Positions 1-9,704 of a DNA stretch of 64,000 bases are shown one piece after another. The position numbers and the translations under genes are program-made. The notes beneath the pieces were generated by a model. That model saw nothing but the letters and a program-made list of their open reading frames with translations, made no database searches and had not been told where the DNA came from. The stretch is from the NCBI GenBank assembly GCA_964623635.1, contig CAZUUA010000005.1, positions 3,975-67,974 of the forward strand, given 5' to 3'. Position 1 is the stretch's first letter, and each line of letters opens with the position of its first letter. The stretch comes from an uncultured Ruminococcus sp. (GTDB taxonomy: Bacteria; Bacillota; Clostridia; Oscillospirales; CAG-272).

Positions 1-196
1 CTACCTGTTCCTCATCAAATATCTCATCCCGAAACATATCCCGCATAGCTTTTTTCCAGGCCTGGGAAGATACTCTTGCACGGGTCGTTCCACCGTAGAT
101 GGCAGTTTTCGGGCTGCCGGTGTCGTCACGATTCACGCAGCTCGGTGGTACAGTTTGCAGCACGTGCATATCCAGAAAAAGTCTGTTGTTTTTCAT
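1..196 (-). CDS. casC: Type I-E Cascade subunit Cas7e (CasC/Cse4). Only the N-terminal 65 codons are present; the gene runs off the left edge.
   Basis: My own reverse-strand translation from ATG 196..194 gives MKNNRLFLDMHVLQTVPPSCVNRDDTGSPKTAIYGGTTRARVSSQAWKKAMR. This carries the LQTxPxxxxNRDDxGxPK signature of Cas7e. It lies directly downstream of cse2. Confidence 0.85.
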   Translation of the reverse strand, partial: MKNNRLFLDMHVLQTVPPSCVNRDDTGSPKTAIYGGTTRARVSSQAWKKAMRDMFRDEIFDEEQV

Positions 197-211
197 GATC
201 AATTATCCTTT

Positions 212-811
212 CTATTCTTGTTGATTGTTTTTGTTTGTATCTATCATGCGGCAGAAATCCTGCCCCCACTTTAAACGGACACTCGCTCTGGCATTTGAAA
301 AATAGTATCTATAAAGATCTACTGCAAGATCTGCATAGTCCATTCGAATATCGTTTGCACTCAGAAGCTTCACCATGTTCCGCAAGTGATTCGCAAGTTC
401 TTGCATATCAGAAGCAGTCGCAATACGATGAAACCGATTTCGAATACGTTTTAGATCCTCGTTTGTATCATCGGCAACTGGTGCCAATTTACGCACAGCC
501 ATACCAAAACGAATTTCATCACCATGCATCCAATCGTTTTTGAAATCATGTCCCTGTTGGTGGCAGGCAAACATGGTGAGGGCAAGATAGATCGCCCATT
601 CTGCGGCAGAAGGCTCACTATATGCACTGTATAATTCCTCTGGCAGATCGGTGAAGATCATGCCCCACAAGGCAGGAATATCACCTGGCGCATGCCCTAC
701 GCCACGTCGTAGTTCCGCCAACTGGGCACGGCAGGTATTTTCTGGTAGACTTGACAACCACTTGAGCTTACGCATCACCGTGGTTTTGATTTTGGTCGAA
801 GAATCAGCCAT
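212..811 (-). CDS. casB: Type I-E Cascade small subunit Cse2 (CasB/Cas11e)
   Basis: The translation (MADSSTKIK...AELRRGVGHAPGDIPALWGMIF...) resembles Cse2, and the gene sits between cse1 and cas7e. I moved the start from ORF-track 892 to ATG 811, which follows AGGAGG. It overlaps the cse1 stop by 8 nt. Confidence 0.8.
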   Translation of the reverse strand: MADSSTKIKTTVMRKLKWLSSLPENTCRAQLAELRRGVGHAPGDIPALWGMIFTDLPEELYSAYSEPSAAEWAIYLALTMFACHQQGHDFKNDWMHGDEIRFGMAVRKLAPVADDTNEDLKRIRNRFHRIATASDMQELANHLRNMVKLLSANDIRMDYADLAVDLYRYYFSNARASVRLKWGQDFCRMIDTNKNNQQE

Positions 812-2468
812 GATTTTCCTCCTTAGGGTAGATTTTGTTAAGCCAATATTGGAAATTCCGGTAAGCCTCTGCGGCACAGTAATACTTACCATCTTCTCCT
901 ATTCGCCCCACTATTGCTGTTGTGCCAGCAGATTCTACAAAGTTACGTCCCATTTGCTTGGCAATACTTTTTGCTTTTTCGTGCCATTGCATGATCAAAT
1001 TTTGTCCCACATCTGAAGTTATCGATAATTTTGGATCTATGGAAGCCAGCCACTGACGGAAAGGCATATCGATCTCATAATACAGTTGTTCGGCTGATTT
1101 TTGGACAAATGTACACTCTTTGGCATCATCCTCGGAAGAACCAGCGGCAATAATCAATTTCTTCGCCAAAATTTTAACTTCTTTAGAAAGTTCATCACAT
1201 TTTGCAACTTCTTCCGTGATTTTTGTTTGCCAGTCTGTTCCAAGCTCGGTTAGTAAATCTGCATGGAATGTTAAGCTGTCGGAGAAGATGTCATGGTAAG
1301 AAGAATTACTAGGTCCATATTTAACAGAACTCATGCAAAACCTGATGTCGGACTCTTGATCAAAACACTTTGTATGGCTTTTGAGATAAGCAATCCACGA
1401 CACAATGCCAACTTCATGATGTGGCGTTTTATCGTCTTTTCTTTTACGCTCTTCTCTTTTCAACACACATATCGTCGAAAATTCACGCCACATTTGTTTG
1501 GCAGAATCATGTACTTGTGGCTCAAATTTTACAGGCGTTTGGGATCTCCAAATGGTCATTGGTTCAATAAATACGTTAGTTGTATCAAAGAAGTCGCCAC
1601 TCAATTCATTGTACCCTATAACCTTTTCATTCTCTTGTCGTAAATATATTCTACGTGATTGCAATGTATAGAGTTCCGAAAGCGCACCTGGTGGAACGAT
1701 CTTATTCCGTTCTTTGATCTTCAGATTCGGGAGTTCCCATACAGGTTTTTCATAATCCCATACATCAAAGTTACTTTGTGGATTGAGTATAATAAAATTA
1801 TACATGAGCGTTTCAAATAACGTGTTTCCACTCGCCATGATCAGACCAAGTTTCCCGAGCCATCCTACACCAGGCTTCAATTTTTCTTCTTTATCACCTT
1901 TTTTACCATCTCCTTTGTACGGTTTTACCGATGCATCATCAAAGCTATTGAGATGTATCAGCCATCTTGCAGCTTCAGCGTAGGTGAGTTCATCTTTATA
2001 ACTGCCTGAGCAATTCGCAAACAAACGTACCTTATTGCTACTTTCCGATATAGCACCGTTCAGCTTGGATGCGCCATACTGTGTTCCCACCTTTGCTGCA
2101 TCCGTCTGATAAAATGGTCGCTCCGGGTGGAACAGCCAAAAGCGGTCGTACCATTTGTCGAGGTAGTTCCGTATCGGTTCTTCTGGGAATCGTCCGGCGT
2201 TCCAGATGGTTTCCCAACGGTCGAGTACATCGTCTGGATCATCCAGTATCTCTTCCTCTCCGTCCGGTGCATAGTAATAGAAAACCGTATGCAGTATTGC
2301 CAGTAGCAACCGTAGGATCGCTACATCCTGTGTTGGCAACTCTCCGGCAAGCCCTTTGTATTCGTGGGCATGAAGCAGTGTATCGATCAATGAAAGCTCA
2401 TCTACGGTGCAATTCTTTCGTCGGACACGTATCCATTTTTCATCGAGCAGATTGAATTCTGTTTCCAT
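804..2468 (-). CDS. casA: Type I-E Cascade large subunit Cse1 (CasA/Cas8e)
   Basis: The N-terminus METEFNLLDEKWIRV matches the NLLxExWI opening typical of Cse1. The 554-aa size and the position between cas3 and cse2 also fit. Confidence 0.8.
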   Translation of the reverse strand: METEFNLLDEKWIRVRRKNCTVDELSLIDTLLHAHEYKGLAGELPTQDVAILRLLLAILHTVFYYYAPDGEEEILDDPDDVLDRWETIWNAGRFPEEPIRNYLDKWYDRFWLFHPERPFYQTDAAKVGTQYGASKLNGAISESSNKVRLFANCSGSYKDELTYAEAARWLIHLNSFDDASVKPYKGDGKKGDKEEKLKPGVGWLGKLGLIMASGNTLFETLMYNFIILNPQSNFDVWDYEKPVWELPNLKIKERNKIVPPGALSELYTLQSRRIYLRQENEKVIGYNELSGDFFDTTNVFIEPMTIWRSQTPVKFEPQVHDSAKQMWREFSTICVLKREERKRKDDKTPHHEVGIVSWIAYLKSHTKCFDQESDIRFCMSSVKYGPSNSSYHDIFSDSLTFHADLLTELGTDWQTKITEEVAKCDELSKEVKILAKKLIIAAGSSEDDAKECTFVQKSAEQLYYEIDMPFRQWLASIDPKLSITSDVGQNLIMQWHEKAKSIAKQMGRNFVESAGTTAIVGRIGEDGKYYCAAEAYRNFQYWLNKIYPKEENHG

Positions 2469-2581
2469 CCTATCCTCCTATTTTCATGAAATATTAACCA
2501 CTTACCAAACACAAGCCAACAAGAAAACTGAAACCCAAATTAACCCATTACAATCGGCTGCATGATTTTGGTTGCAACAGT

Positions 2582-2610
2582 ATTATAGCACAGTTTTGCG
2601 CTGATGTAAA
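2582..2610 (-). promoter_or_regulatory. Sigma70-type promoter for the Cascade genes (cse1 onward)
   Basis: The reverse strand reads TTTACA-N17-TATAAT, in the AT-rich 220-bp gap between cas3 and cse1. Confidence 0.55.
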
Positions 2611-2690
2611 TAGATTTTTTGATATATTTTGCTGATTTTTATGATTTATTATCAAATTCAACCTTGATTTATGTTCTTATGTAGGTCACA

Positions 2691-5420
2691 CTATGAAAGC
2701 ATCAGTCCATTGTCCTTGTCATAGATGAGTGTCTTTCCATCCAGTTCAGCGTGGTATTGTTCATCGAAGAGCAGCACGAGTTCTTCTTTTAATAGTGATG
2801 TATGCTTCCATTCGGGGAAAACACGTTTTGTTCCCGCTTCAAGCTCATTGATCACATAATCCGCATTCCATTTCTTGCTGAAAGCAGTGGGTAGTCTGAG
2901 CTTCTGTCTTGCAATTACGAGCGATTCATCAGGAGATGGTGGACGATCCGTTGGTACGATAATGTCGTTTGTTTCCAGCTTTTTCATGCCATCTTGATCC
3001 GCAACGAGCAGTCGCATTTTTCCGTCCGTGCAAAGCCGCAATGCGACCACATCGATGGATAGGTCACCATCTCGCACGGCCATCTCGCCATGTTGTTCAC
3101 TGATTTGAATATCATTGTCCAACCAACCGTCCAATGCGTTGCTCTGTACTCTTTTGCTCAGTTTTTTCGGCTTGCTAAGTAGGTAATTTTTCGCTTTGCT
3201 CTCCTTATCGCCAATTCTACGCACATATTCGTCCCATGCTTCTTTCCAATCCCCATTTTCCAATTCTTCCTCATCCGCCTCACGATAGGCCTGCTCCACC
3301 AAATGGGGAATGTCCTGTGGGATCGTTACGGTATCCGGCAGCAGTTTGCGGGTTCTTTCAAGCAGCCATTTGGTATATACGGAAACACTTCCCTCATCTT
3401 CTTCATCGACCACATAACATTTTGGCTGGTCAAATCCAGTCGGGCGTGAGCGGTCGTGGCGGTGCAGTCGGCCCATGCGTTGGAGCAGCAGGTCCATAGG
3501 GCATAGCTCGGTGATCATACAGTCGAAATCCAAATCCAGCGATTGCTCCAATACCTGTGTGCCTACAACGATCAGTTTGTGCCGATCTGATTCGCCGGAA
3601 TGCTTGCCGACCAATCGAAGGATCTCCTTCTCCCGATTGGCACGGTCTGTCATGATGTACTGTGCGTGCAGAACAAGAACACGACAATCCGCAAATCTTG
3701 TCCGCAAGGTACCGGCGATCTCCTGCGCTTTGCGAACGGTATTCACGATCACACCCACGCAACCGCCAGCCGCCATCACTTCGCCTACAGTATCCTCGAT
3801 CTTGTCTGCTGTGATCCTGCAAATCGACACGTTTTTGTTCTCTCCGGTGTAGAAAAGTGGTTTTTGCATGACCTCATCGCCATTTGTGTAGGTAAGTACA
3901 GGATACGACAAGCTGTGCTGCCAATCGCCATCTGCTGCTTTTCCACCTAGATACGCATCGATCAGTTCGGCTCTGCGCTTGGTCGGCAGGGTGGCGGAGA
4001 GGATCACAACGGGGGCTTTGTATGCGCCCAACCACCGGATCACTTGATCCAAATATGTACTCATGTAGGCATCGTATGCGTGGCATTCATCGATCACAAC
4101 GACTTTGCCAGCCAGTCCGATATGCCGCAGCATCACGTGCTTTTGCTTTAGTGCAGCCATAAGCATCTGGTCGATGGTTCCAATGACAAATTCCGGCATC
4201 AGTGCCAGCTTTCGACTGGAAAACCACTCGTGTACAAACAGATTCTTTTCGTCCGCTTCGGTATCCGCAGCCAGTGTGCTATACCCCTCCAATAGTTCTC
4301 GATAATATTCATTCAGTGCGGCCGCTCCATGGGCAAGACGAATGGCGTGGAGCGTACCTTCGTCTGCCGAAAGCGAGGACGCCCATGCTTCCAGTCGAGG
4401 GAAAATACCGTTGGAGGTCGCTTGTGTGGGCATTCCGAAATATAAACCGCCAGCATGGGTTTTGGCAGCAAGGACTTCCGCCATGGCAAGTGCAGCTTCG
4501 GTTTTACCCAGTCCCATAGGCGCTTCCAAAATGAGTATGCCCGGTGTATCCAGATCGTTGACGATATCGAGTATTTCTGCCTGTGTTTGGTTCGGCGAAA
4601 AATGGAAACGCTCTGCAAACCCTTCCGCATCCAGTCCAAATTTGGCGCTTGTTTCCCACGGTCCTGGCAACTGCAGCTTTTTCCACGCACATTTCACTCG
4701 TGCCGGATAATCGTCCATGCTACCATTTGTTTCCAGTGAAATCAATGTTGAATCCATAGGAATCAACTGGAAATAATGTGTGTTGCTGGCGATCCAGTCT
4801 GCCATAATGAGGAGCGCACAGATCAGTACCTGCACCGAAATGGCGATCTCCGGCAGTTCCTCTATCGAAGAAAGACCTGCCTCCACCAGCGCAAAATCGA
4901 ACCATTCCTTCCACAACTGTTCGAAAAATGGTTCGTTTCTCTCGCGCCCATAAATATTTTCGTAATGTAATTTAAGATTCAATTCATCTAAGTTGCTCGC
5001 TGGTTTTCCATGGTGCGCACCCACGATCGAAGCGATTCCACAAGGACAGTCTAAATGGCGCAAAATGATCTCACCAGCCAAGCCATGGGATATACCGCTT
5101 TTTGGTTTTGTTGCCAGTTTCACGTGTTCCGCAAAGGGACTATTTGCCATGCTCTGTGCAATTTTGGATTGGAAACAATACGTGATCTTGCCAATGTCAT
5201 GCACAAGAGCGCAAAACTTGAGCGTTGCGTATGTACGTTCTTCGCTGCCGCAAGCCTCTATCAGATAAGCATTCACGTGTTTTGGCAGCCATTCTTTTGC
5301 AAGTTTTTTGATGATCCCTGCAGTATCGAACGAATGCATCCAAAACGGGAGCCAATCCGTTCCATGCGCACGATCGCTCTTGGCTGCCACTGACTTCAAT
5401 TCTTTTGAAATATCTTCCAT
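2691..5420 (-). CDS. cas3: CRISPR-associated helicase/nuclease Cas3 (HD domain fused to a DExH helicase)
   Basis: N-terminal HD motifs (ALVHDIGK, GAHHGK). Helicase Walker A APMGLGKTEAAL. DExH-like box VIDECHAYD. 909 aa, upstream of the cse1-cse2-cas7 genes. Confidence 0.9.
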   Translation of the reverse strand: MEDISKELKSVAAKSDRAHGTDWLPFWMHSFDTAGIIKKLAKEWLPKHVNAYLIEACGSEERTYATLKFCALVHDIGKITYCFQSKIAQSMANSPFAEHVKLATKPKSGISHGLAGEIILRHLDCPCGIASIVGAHHGKPASNLDELNLKLHYENIYGRERNEPFFEQLWKEWFDFALVEAGLSSIEELPEIAISVQVLICALLIMADWIASNTHYFQLIPMDSTLISLETNGSMDDYPARVKCAWKKLQLPGPWETSAKFGLDAEGFAERFHFSPNQTQAEILDIVNDLDTPGILILEAPMGLGKTEAALAMAEVLAAKTHAGGLYFGMPTQATSNGIFPRLEAWASSLSADEGTLHAIRLAHGAAALNEYYRELLEGYSTLAADTEADEKNLFVHEWFSSRKLALMPEFVIGTIDQMLMAALKQKHVMLRHIGLAGKVVVIDECHAYDAYMSTYLDQVIRWLGAYKAPVVILSATLPTKRRAELIDAYLGGKAADGDWQHSLSYPVLTYTNGDEVMQKPLFYTGENKNVSICRITADKIEDTVGEVMAAGGCVGVIVNTVRKAQEIAGTLRTRFADCRVLVLHAQYIMTDRANREKEILRLVGKHSGESDRHKLIVVGTQVLEQSLDLDFDCMITELCPMDLLLQRMGRLHRHDRSRPTGFDQPKCYVVDEEDEGSVSVYTKWLLERTRKLLPDTVTIPQDIPHLVEQAYREADEEELENGDWKEAWDEYVRRIGDKESKAKNYLLSKPKKLSKRVQSNALDGWLDNDIQISEQHGEMAVRDGDLSIDVVALRLCTDGKMRLLVADQDGMKKLETNDIIVPTDRPPSPDESLVIARQKLRLPTAFSKKWNADYVINELEAGTKRVFPEWKHTSLLKEELVLLFDEQYHAELDGKTLIYDKDNGLMLS

Positions 5421-5458
5421 GATTGTATTCTCCCATACGTTTTATTTGCACATATTAT

Positions 5459-5487
5459 ATTATAGCACTTTTGTGCATATTCGTCAA
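5459..5487 (-). promoter_or_regulatory. Sigma70-type promoter for cas3
   Basis: The reverse strand reads TTGACG-N17-TATAAT, about 35 nt upstream of the cas3 ATG. A GGGAGA RBS follows. Confidence 0.55.
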
Positions 5488-5767
5488 TAGTTTTTTGCTT
5501 TATAATGGCTGTTTCAACAAATTCATTGTAGCTTCAAAAAGTTTATTCCACTTTTAGGCACATTTTTAAGAACCAATGCACCATTCTTTTTGTGAGAATC
5601 GCTAAATCATTCGTTTTTGATCGCAATCTTTCAAAGGTATCTTCGCGGTTGTGGAAAAATTACAAAATCCTGCAGTTTCAGCCATAGGTGGGTCACATTT
5701 TTCTGGTATACTGATATAGCTATACATACTATGTAAGACGGAATCTTGCTTTTGTTGAGGTGATTAT

Positions 5768-6541
5768 ATGTCAATTGTAGAGCTTGTCGTTACGTTTTTG
5801 GCCGGTGTGGGTGCCGGACTGGGGACGGGGTTTGCCGGGATGAGTGCGGCGGCGGTGATCACACCGATGCTGGTAACTTTTTTGGATATCCCCACGTATC
5901 AGGCCATTGGGATCGCTTTGGCGTCGGATGTGCTGGCCAGTCTCGTCTCTGCCATAACCTATAAGAAAAACGGCAATCTGGATGTAAAAAACGGTCTTGT
6001 CATGATGGTGACGGTGCTGCTGTTCACCACAGTAGGCAGCTATATTTCCAGTCTGGTGCCCAACACCACCATGGGAAGCTTTTCCGTATTCATGACCATG
6101 CTCATGGGCGTCAAATTTCTGGTGAAGCCGGTCATGACCACCAAGGAAGCTATGGACGCCGCAGACCCCAAAAAGAAGCTGATCCGGTCGATCCTGTCCG
6201 GTGCGATGGTAGGCTTCATCTGTGGCTTTGTTGGTGCCGGTGGTGGGATCATGATGCTGCTGGTGCTGACCTCGGTGCTGGGGTATGAACTGAAAACGGC
6301 GGTAGGTACTTCGGTGTTCATCATGGCATTTACAGCGCTGACCGGTTCGATCTCCCACATCGTCATCGGTGGGATGCCAGACATTTCGGTTTTGGTGCTG
6401 TGTATCCTCTTTACCCTGCTCTGGGCTCGGATCGGTGCTGTCATTGCCAATCGTTCTACGCCCATCGTGCTGAATCGGGTCACCGGTGTGATCCTGATCG
6501 TACTGGGCGTGGTAATCCTAGGTGTGAACTTCTTAGGCTAA
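5768..6541 (+). CDS. TSUP family (TauE/SafE, DUF81) anion exporter/permease
   Basis: Polytopic Gly-rich membrane protein. MSIVELVVTFLAGVGAGLGTGFAGMSAAAV and the internal repeat GFICGFVGAGGGIMM are typical of TauE/SafE. Confidence 0.75.
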   Translation: MSIVELVVTFLAGVGAGLGTGFAGMSAAAVITPMLVTFLDIPTYQAIGIALASDVLASLVSAITYKKNGNLDVKNGLVMMVTVLLFTTVGSYISSLVPNTTMGSFSVFMTMLMGVKFLVKPVMTTKEAMDAADPKKKLIRSILSGAMVGFICGFVGAGGGIMMLLVLTSVLGYELKTAVGTSVFIMAFTALTGSISHIVIGGMPDISVLVLCILFTLLWARIGAVIANRSTPIVLNRVTGVILIVLGVVILGVNFLG

Positions 6542-6599
6542 ACATACAAAAAAACCGGGATTCCGGAGGTTTGCCTCTCCGTTTCCCGGTTTTTTGGGG

Positions 6600-7010
6600 T
6601 TATATCAGGATCCCGTCCAGATGATCCATTTCGTGCTGGATGATCTGGGCCGTCCAGCCGGTGTAGGTCTTTTGCCGGATCTGCATTTTCTCGTTCTGGT
6701 ACTGCACCTTGATCCGTTTGTATCGCTTGGTGCCTCGCACACCGTCCAGCGACAGGCAGCCTTCTTCGGTGTCGTAGGGACCTTCTTTCTTTAATAGAAT
6801 GGGATTATAGAAAACGCTGATCGTATCTCCGTCATAGAAGGCGATGATCCGCTTCAATTCCCCGATCATGTTGGCAGCCATACCCACACAGCCGTCCTTG
6901 TGGGCCATCAGGGTGTCCCGCAGATCTTCACCAATGGGCAGGTCTGCTTCTGTTGCCATTGCGGAAGAACGACCCAGCAGGATCACGTCCCGGTTGATCT
7001 CTCGTACCAT
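6600..7010 (-). CDS. def: Peptide deformylase
   Basis: All three deformylase motifs are present: GMAANMIG, EGCLSL, HEMDHLDG. I refined the start to ATG 7010 (MVREINRD), which follows AGGAGA. Confidence 0.9.
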   Translation of the reverse strand: MVREINRDVILLGRSSAMATEADLPIGEDLRDTLMAHKDGCVGMAANMIGELKRIIAFYDGDTISVFYNPILLKKEGPYDTEEGCLSLDGVRGTKRYKRIKVQYQNEKMQIRQKTYTGWTAQIIQHEMDHLDGILI

Positions 7011-7030
7011 AGCTTTCTCCTTTTTTGTGA

Positions 7031-7066
7031 AAAACAAAAGCAGCCACCGTATTGGATGACTGCTTT
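7031..7066 (-). terminator. Intrinsic terminator downstream of tRNA-Val
   Basis: Reverse strand: AAAGCAG...CTGCTTT stem followed by TTTGTTTTT. Confidence 0.55.
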
Positions 7067-7067
7067 A

Positions 7068-7141
7068 TGGAGACATGGGGACTCGAACCCAAGACCTCTC
7101 GGATGTGAACCGAACGCTCTAACCAGCTGAGCTATGCCTCC
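7068..7141 (-). tRNA. tRNA-Val (anticodon CAC), no encoded CCA
   Basis: Reverse strand GGAGGCATAGCTCAGCTGGTTAGAGCGTTCGGTTCACATCCGAGAGGTCTTGGGTTCGAGTCCCCATGTCTCCA folds as a 74-nt cloverleaf. The anticodon loop is TTCACAT. There is one U-C mismatch in the T stem. Confidence 0.85.
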
Positions 7142-7180
7142 GTGGTCTGTTCTCTGGAACCCGTTCCTTGGAACGAGTAT

Positions 7181-7209
7181 ATTATAGCACTTTCGTTTTT
7201 CTTTGTCAA
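7181..7209 (-). promoter_or_regulatory. Consensus sigma70 promoter for tRNA-Val
   Basis: The reverse strand reads TTGACA-N17-TATAAT, ending about 40 nt upstream of the tRNA 5-prime end. Confidence 0.65.
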
Positions 7210-7432
7210 GTGGTTTTCGAAAATTTCTTTGAGATTTTTGAAAAAATTCCCTCTTCGTAAGTCTCTCGAATCGTTCTCGCTTTTGTTTCATCGTCTCCGC
7301 CACTGTCGTTTCTTATGATTATAGTATGTTAAAAACACAAGCTTTTTCATGAAATTTGCTGGCAGAATCTGGCAAAAAGCGGTCAGACACAAAAAATTCT
7401 CAAAAAAATGCAAAAAAACTGTTCAAAAGCTC

Positions 7433-7461
7433 TTGATTTTATCGGACAAGTACGCTATAAT
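7433..7461 (+). promoter_or_regulatory. Sigma70 promoter for the 7571 sugar isomerase / oxidoreductase pair
   Basis: TTGATT-N17-TATAAT, followed by a leader of about 100 nt. Confidence 0.6.
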
Positions 7462-7570
7462 TAATGTGTCACAGGTCGAGGCTGGATTGCGTTCCTTGAC
7501 TGGATCAGAATATCGTCGATCCTGTGCACCTTTACAAACATGAATACCCTGAAACATTGGAGGATATATT

Positions 7571-8395
7571 ATGGCATTACCAGTAGCTGTACAGCTATAT
7601 TCTATCCGGGACAGCGTGGAAGCCGACATGAAGGCTGCTCTGACCAAGGTCAAGGAGCTGGGCTATGCCGGCGTGGAATTCGCTGGTCTGTATGGCAACA
7701 AGCCGGCCGACATCAAGGCATGGTGTGCTGAGCTGGGTCTGACTCCCATCTCTGCCCATGTACCACTGGTCGATATGATCGCCGACACCGAAGGCACGCT
7801 CTCCGCATACAAGGAGATCGGCTGCAAGTTCGTAGTCGTTCCCTATGTGACCGAAGAACGCCGTCCGGGTGCTGAAAAGTTCGAAGAGACCATCGAAGTC
7901 ATTGCCAAGATCGGTAAGATGGCACACGAAATGGGTCTGACCTTGCTCTACCACAACCACGACTTCGAATTCAAGAAGGTGGATGGCGAATATGGTCTGG
8001 ATATCCTGTACAATCGTGTACCTGCCGATTATCTGCAGACCGAGCTGGATACCTGCTGGGTCAATGTCGGTGGTGAAGAACCGGCCGCCTATGTACGCAA
8101 GTACACCGGTCGTGCGCCGGTCGTACATCTGAAGGACTTCTTCATGAGCGGCAAGCTGCCCAGCCATCTGTATGCGCTGATCGGTCTGGATGAAGAGGAA
8201 AAGGAAGAAGAAGAATCCACGTTCGAGTTCCGTCCTTTCGGCTCCGGTATGCAGGATATGAAGGCCATCTTGGATGCCTCTGTAGACGCCGGTGCTTCCT
8301 GGGTGGTCGTAGAACAGGATGAGCCCTCTATGGGTCTGTCCAGAATGGAATGCATTGCCAAGTCCAGAGAAAATCTGGCCTCCGTTGGTTGGTAA
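7571..8395 (+). CDS. Xylose isomerase-like TIM-barrel protein (sugar phosphate isomerase/epimerase family)
   Basis: VQLYSIRD, GYAGVEFAG, YHNHDFEF and ELDTCW match this family's pattern. RBS GGAGG. An acidic EEEKEEEE insert sits near the C-terminus. Confidence 0.75.
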   Translation: MALPVAVQLYSIRDSVEADMKAALTKVKELGYAGVEFAGLYGNKPADIKAWCAELGLTPISAHVPLVDMIADTEGTLSAYKEIGCKFVVVPYVTEERRPGAEKFEETIEVIAKIGKMAHEMGLTLLYHNHDFEFKKVDGEYGLDILYNRVPADYLQTELDTCWVNVGGEEPAAYVRKYTGRAPVVHLKDFFMSGKLPSHLYALIGLDEEEKEEEESTFEFRPFGSGMQDMKAILDASVDAGASWVVVEQDEPSMGLSRMECIAKSRENLASVGW

Positions 8396-8484
8396 GACCA
8401 AAACCGCTACAATTCAGTTGTCTTTGATCCGGGAAGATGCTCCCGGTAAGGAACATACATAACACACGAAAGGTGGACATTACA

Positions 8485-9624
8485 ATGTCTGATGCAGTAC
8501 TGAGCCAATTCAAGCAGGCTACCACAGAAGAAAAGGTTTACGACACCGATCACAAGTTTAAGATCGCTATCATCGGTACCGGTTGGATCGCAGAATCTCA
8601 CATCCAGAGCTACAAGAACCAGCCCGACGTTGAGATCGTTGCTGCCGCTGACCTGATCCCCGGCAAGGCTGAAAAGTTCATGGAAAGATTCGGCGTAGAA
8701 GGCGTTCGTTTCTATCCCAGCCACAAGGAACTGATCGACAACGAACCCGACTTGGATGGTATCTCCATCTGTACCTACAACACCCAGCACGCTGCTCCCG
8801 CTATCTACGCTATGGAGCACAACATCCCCGTTCTGCTGGAAAAGCCCTTCACCGTAACCCTGGAAGAAGCTGAAGCTGTTTGCGCTGCTGAAAAGGCTTC
8901 TACCGCCTTCATTTCCGTTGGCTTCCAGCCCCGTTTCGATGCCAATATGCAGATGATCAAGAAGATCGTGGACTCCGGCGTTCTGGGTAAGATCTACTAC
9001 ATCCAGACCGGTGGCGGTCGTCGTCGTGGTATCCCGGGATCTACCTTCATCGAAAAGTCCACCGGTGGTATCGGTGCTCTGGGTGATATCGGTTGCTACT
9101 CTCTGGATATGGTTCTGAATGCTATCGGTTATCCGAAGCCGCTGACCGTTTCCGGTTACACCTCCGACTTCTTCGGCAAGAACCCCAAGTACAACGGTGC
9201 TGATGCTGCTCGTTTCTCCGTTGACGACTTTGCTGCTGCATTCGTTCGTCTGGAAGGCGACATCATCCTGGACTTCCGTATTGCATGGGCTATGCACGTA
9301 AATACTCCCGGTGACACCATCATCTTCGGTACCGAAGGCGCTCTGCGTATTCCCTCTACCGACTGCTGGAACGGCTCTGTTGGCGGCGCTATGACTCTGT
9401 ACCACGACATCGCCGGTCAGAGATTCGACACCGTTATTCCGATCCTGGAAAACAAGGGCGCTGGCCTGTTCGACAAGAAGATCCGTTCCTTCCTGGATGC
9501 TATCAAGACGAATGGTCCCGCACCGGTTCCCACTTCTCAGATCCTGTACAACCAGGCCATCATCGATGGTATCAACAAGTCTGCCGCTTGCGGTCACGAA
9601 GTTGAGATCAAGTTTGCTGACTAA
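8485..9624 (+). CDS. Gfo/Idh/MocA family NAD(P)-dependent oxidoreductase
   Basis: Rossmann N-terminus KIAIIGTGWIAESH and the EKP motif VLLEKPF. I refined the start to ATG 8485 (MSDAVLSQ), which follows AAAGGTGG. Confidence 0.8.
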   Translation: MSDAVLSQFKQATTEEKVYDTDHKFKIAIIGTGWIAESHIQSYKNQPDVEIVAAADLIPGKAEKFMERFGVEGVRFYPSHKELIDNEPDLDGISICTYNTQHAAPAIYAMEHNIPVLLEKPFTVTLEEAEAVCAAEKASTAFISVGFQPRFDANMQMIKKIVDSGVLGKIYYIQTGGGRRRGIPGSTFIEKSTGGIGALGDIGCYSLDMVLNAIGYPKPLTVSGYTSDFFGKNPKYNGADAARFSVDDFAAAFVRLEGDIILDFRIAWAMHVNTPGDTIIFGTEGALRIPSTDCWNGSVGGAMTLYHDIAGQRFDTVIPILENKGAGLFDKKIRSFLDAIKTNGPAPVPTSQILYNQAIIDGINKSAACGHEVEIKFAD

Positions 9625-9669
9625 TTCTGTCTGTACGCCGTGCTATGTCTGCGCATAGCGATACGGCTG

Positions 9670-9704
9670 GAACAACCTACAGAAATGTGGGTTGTTCTTT
9701 TATT
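9670..9704 (+). terminator. Intrinsic terminator after the oxidoreductase gene
   Basis: GAACAACCTACA-GAAA-TGTGGGTTGTTC hairpin followed by TTTTATT. Confidence 0.75.

Noticed and set aside
6983-7303. 106-aa minus-strand ORF overlapping tRNA-Val
   Set aside because: It reads straight through the tRNA gene, its promoter and its terminator, so it is not a plausible protein.
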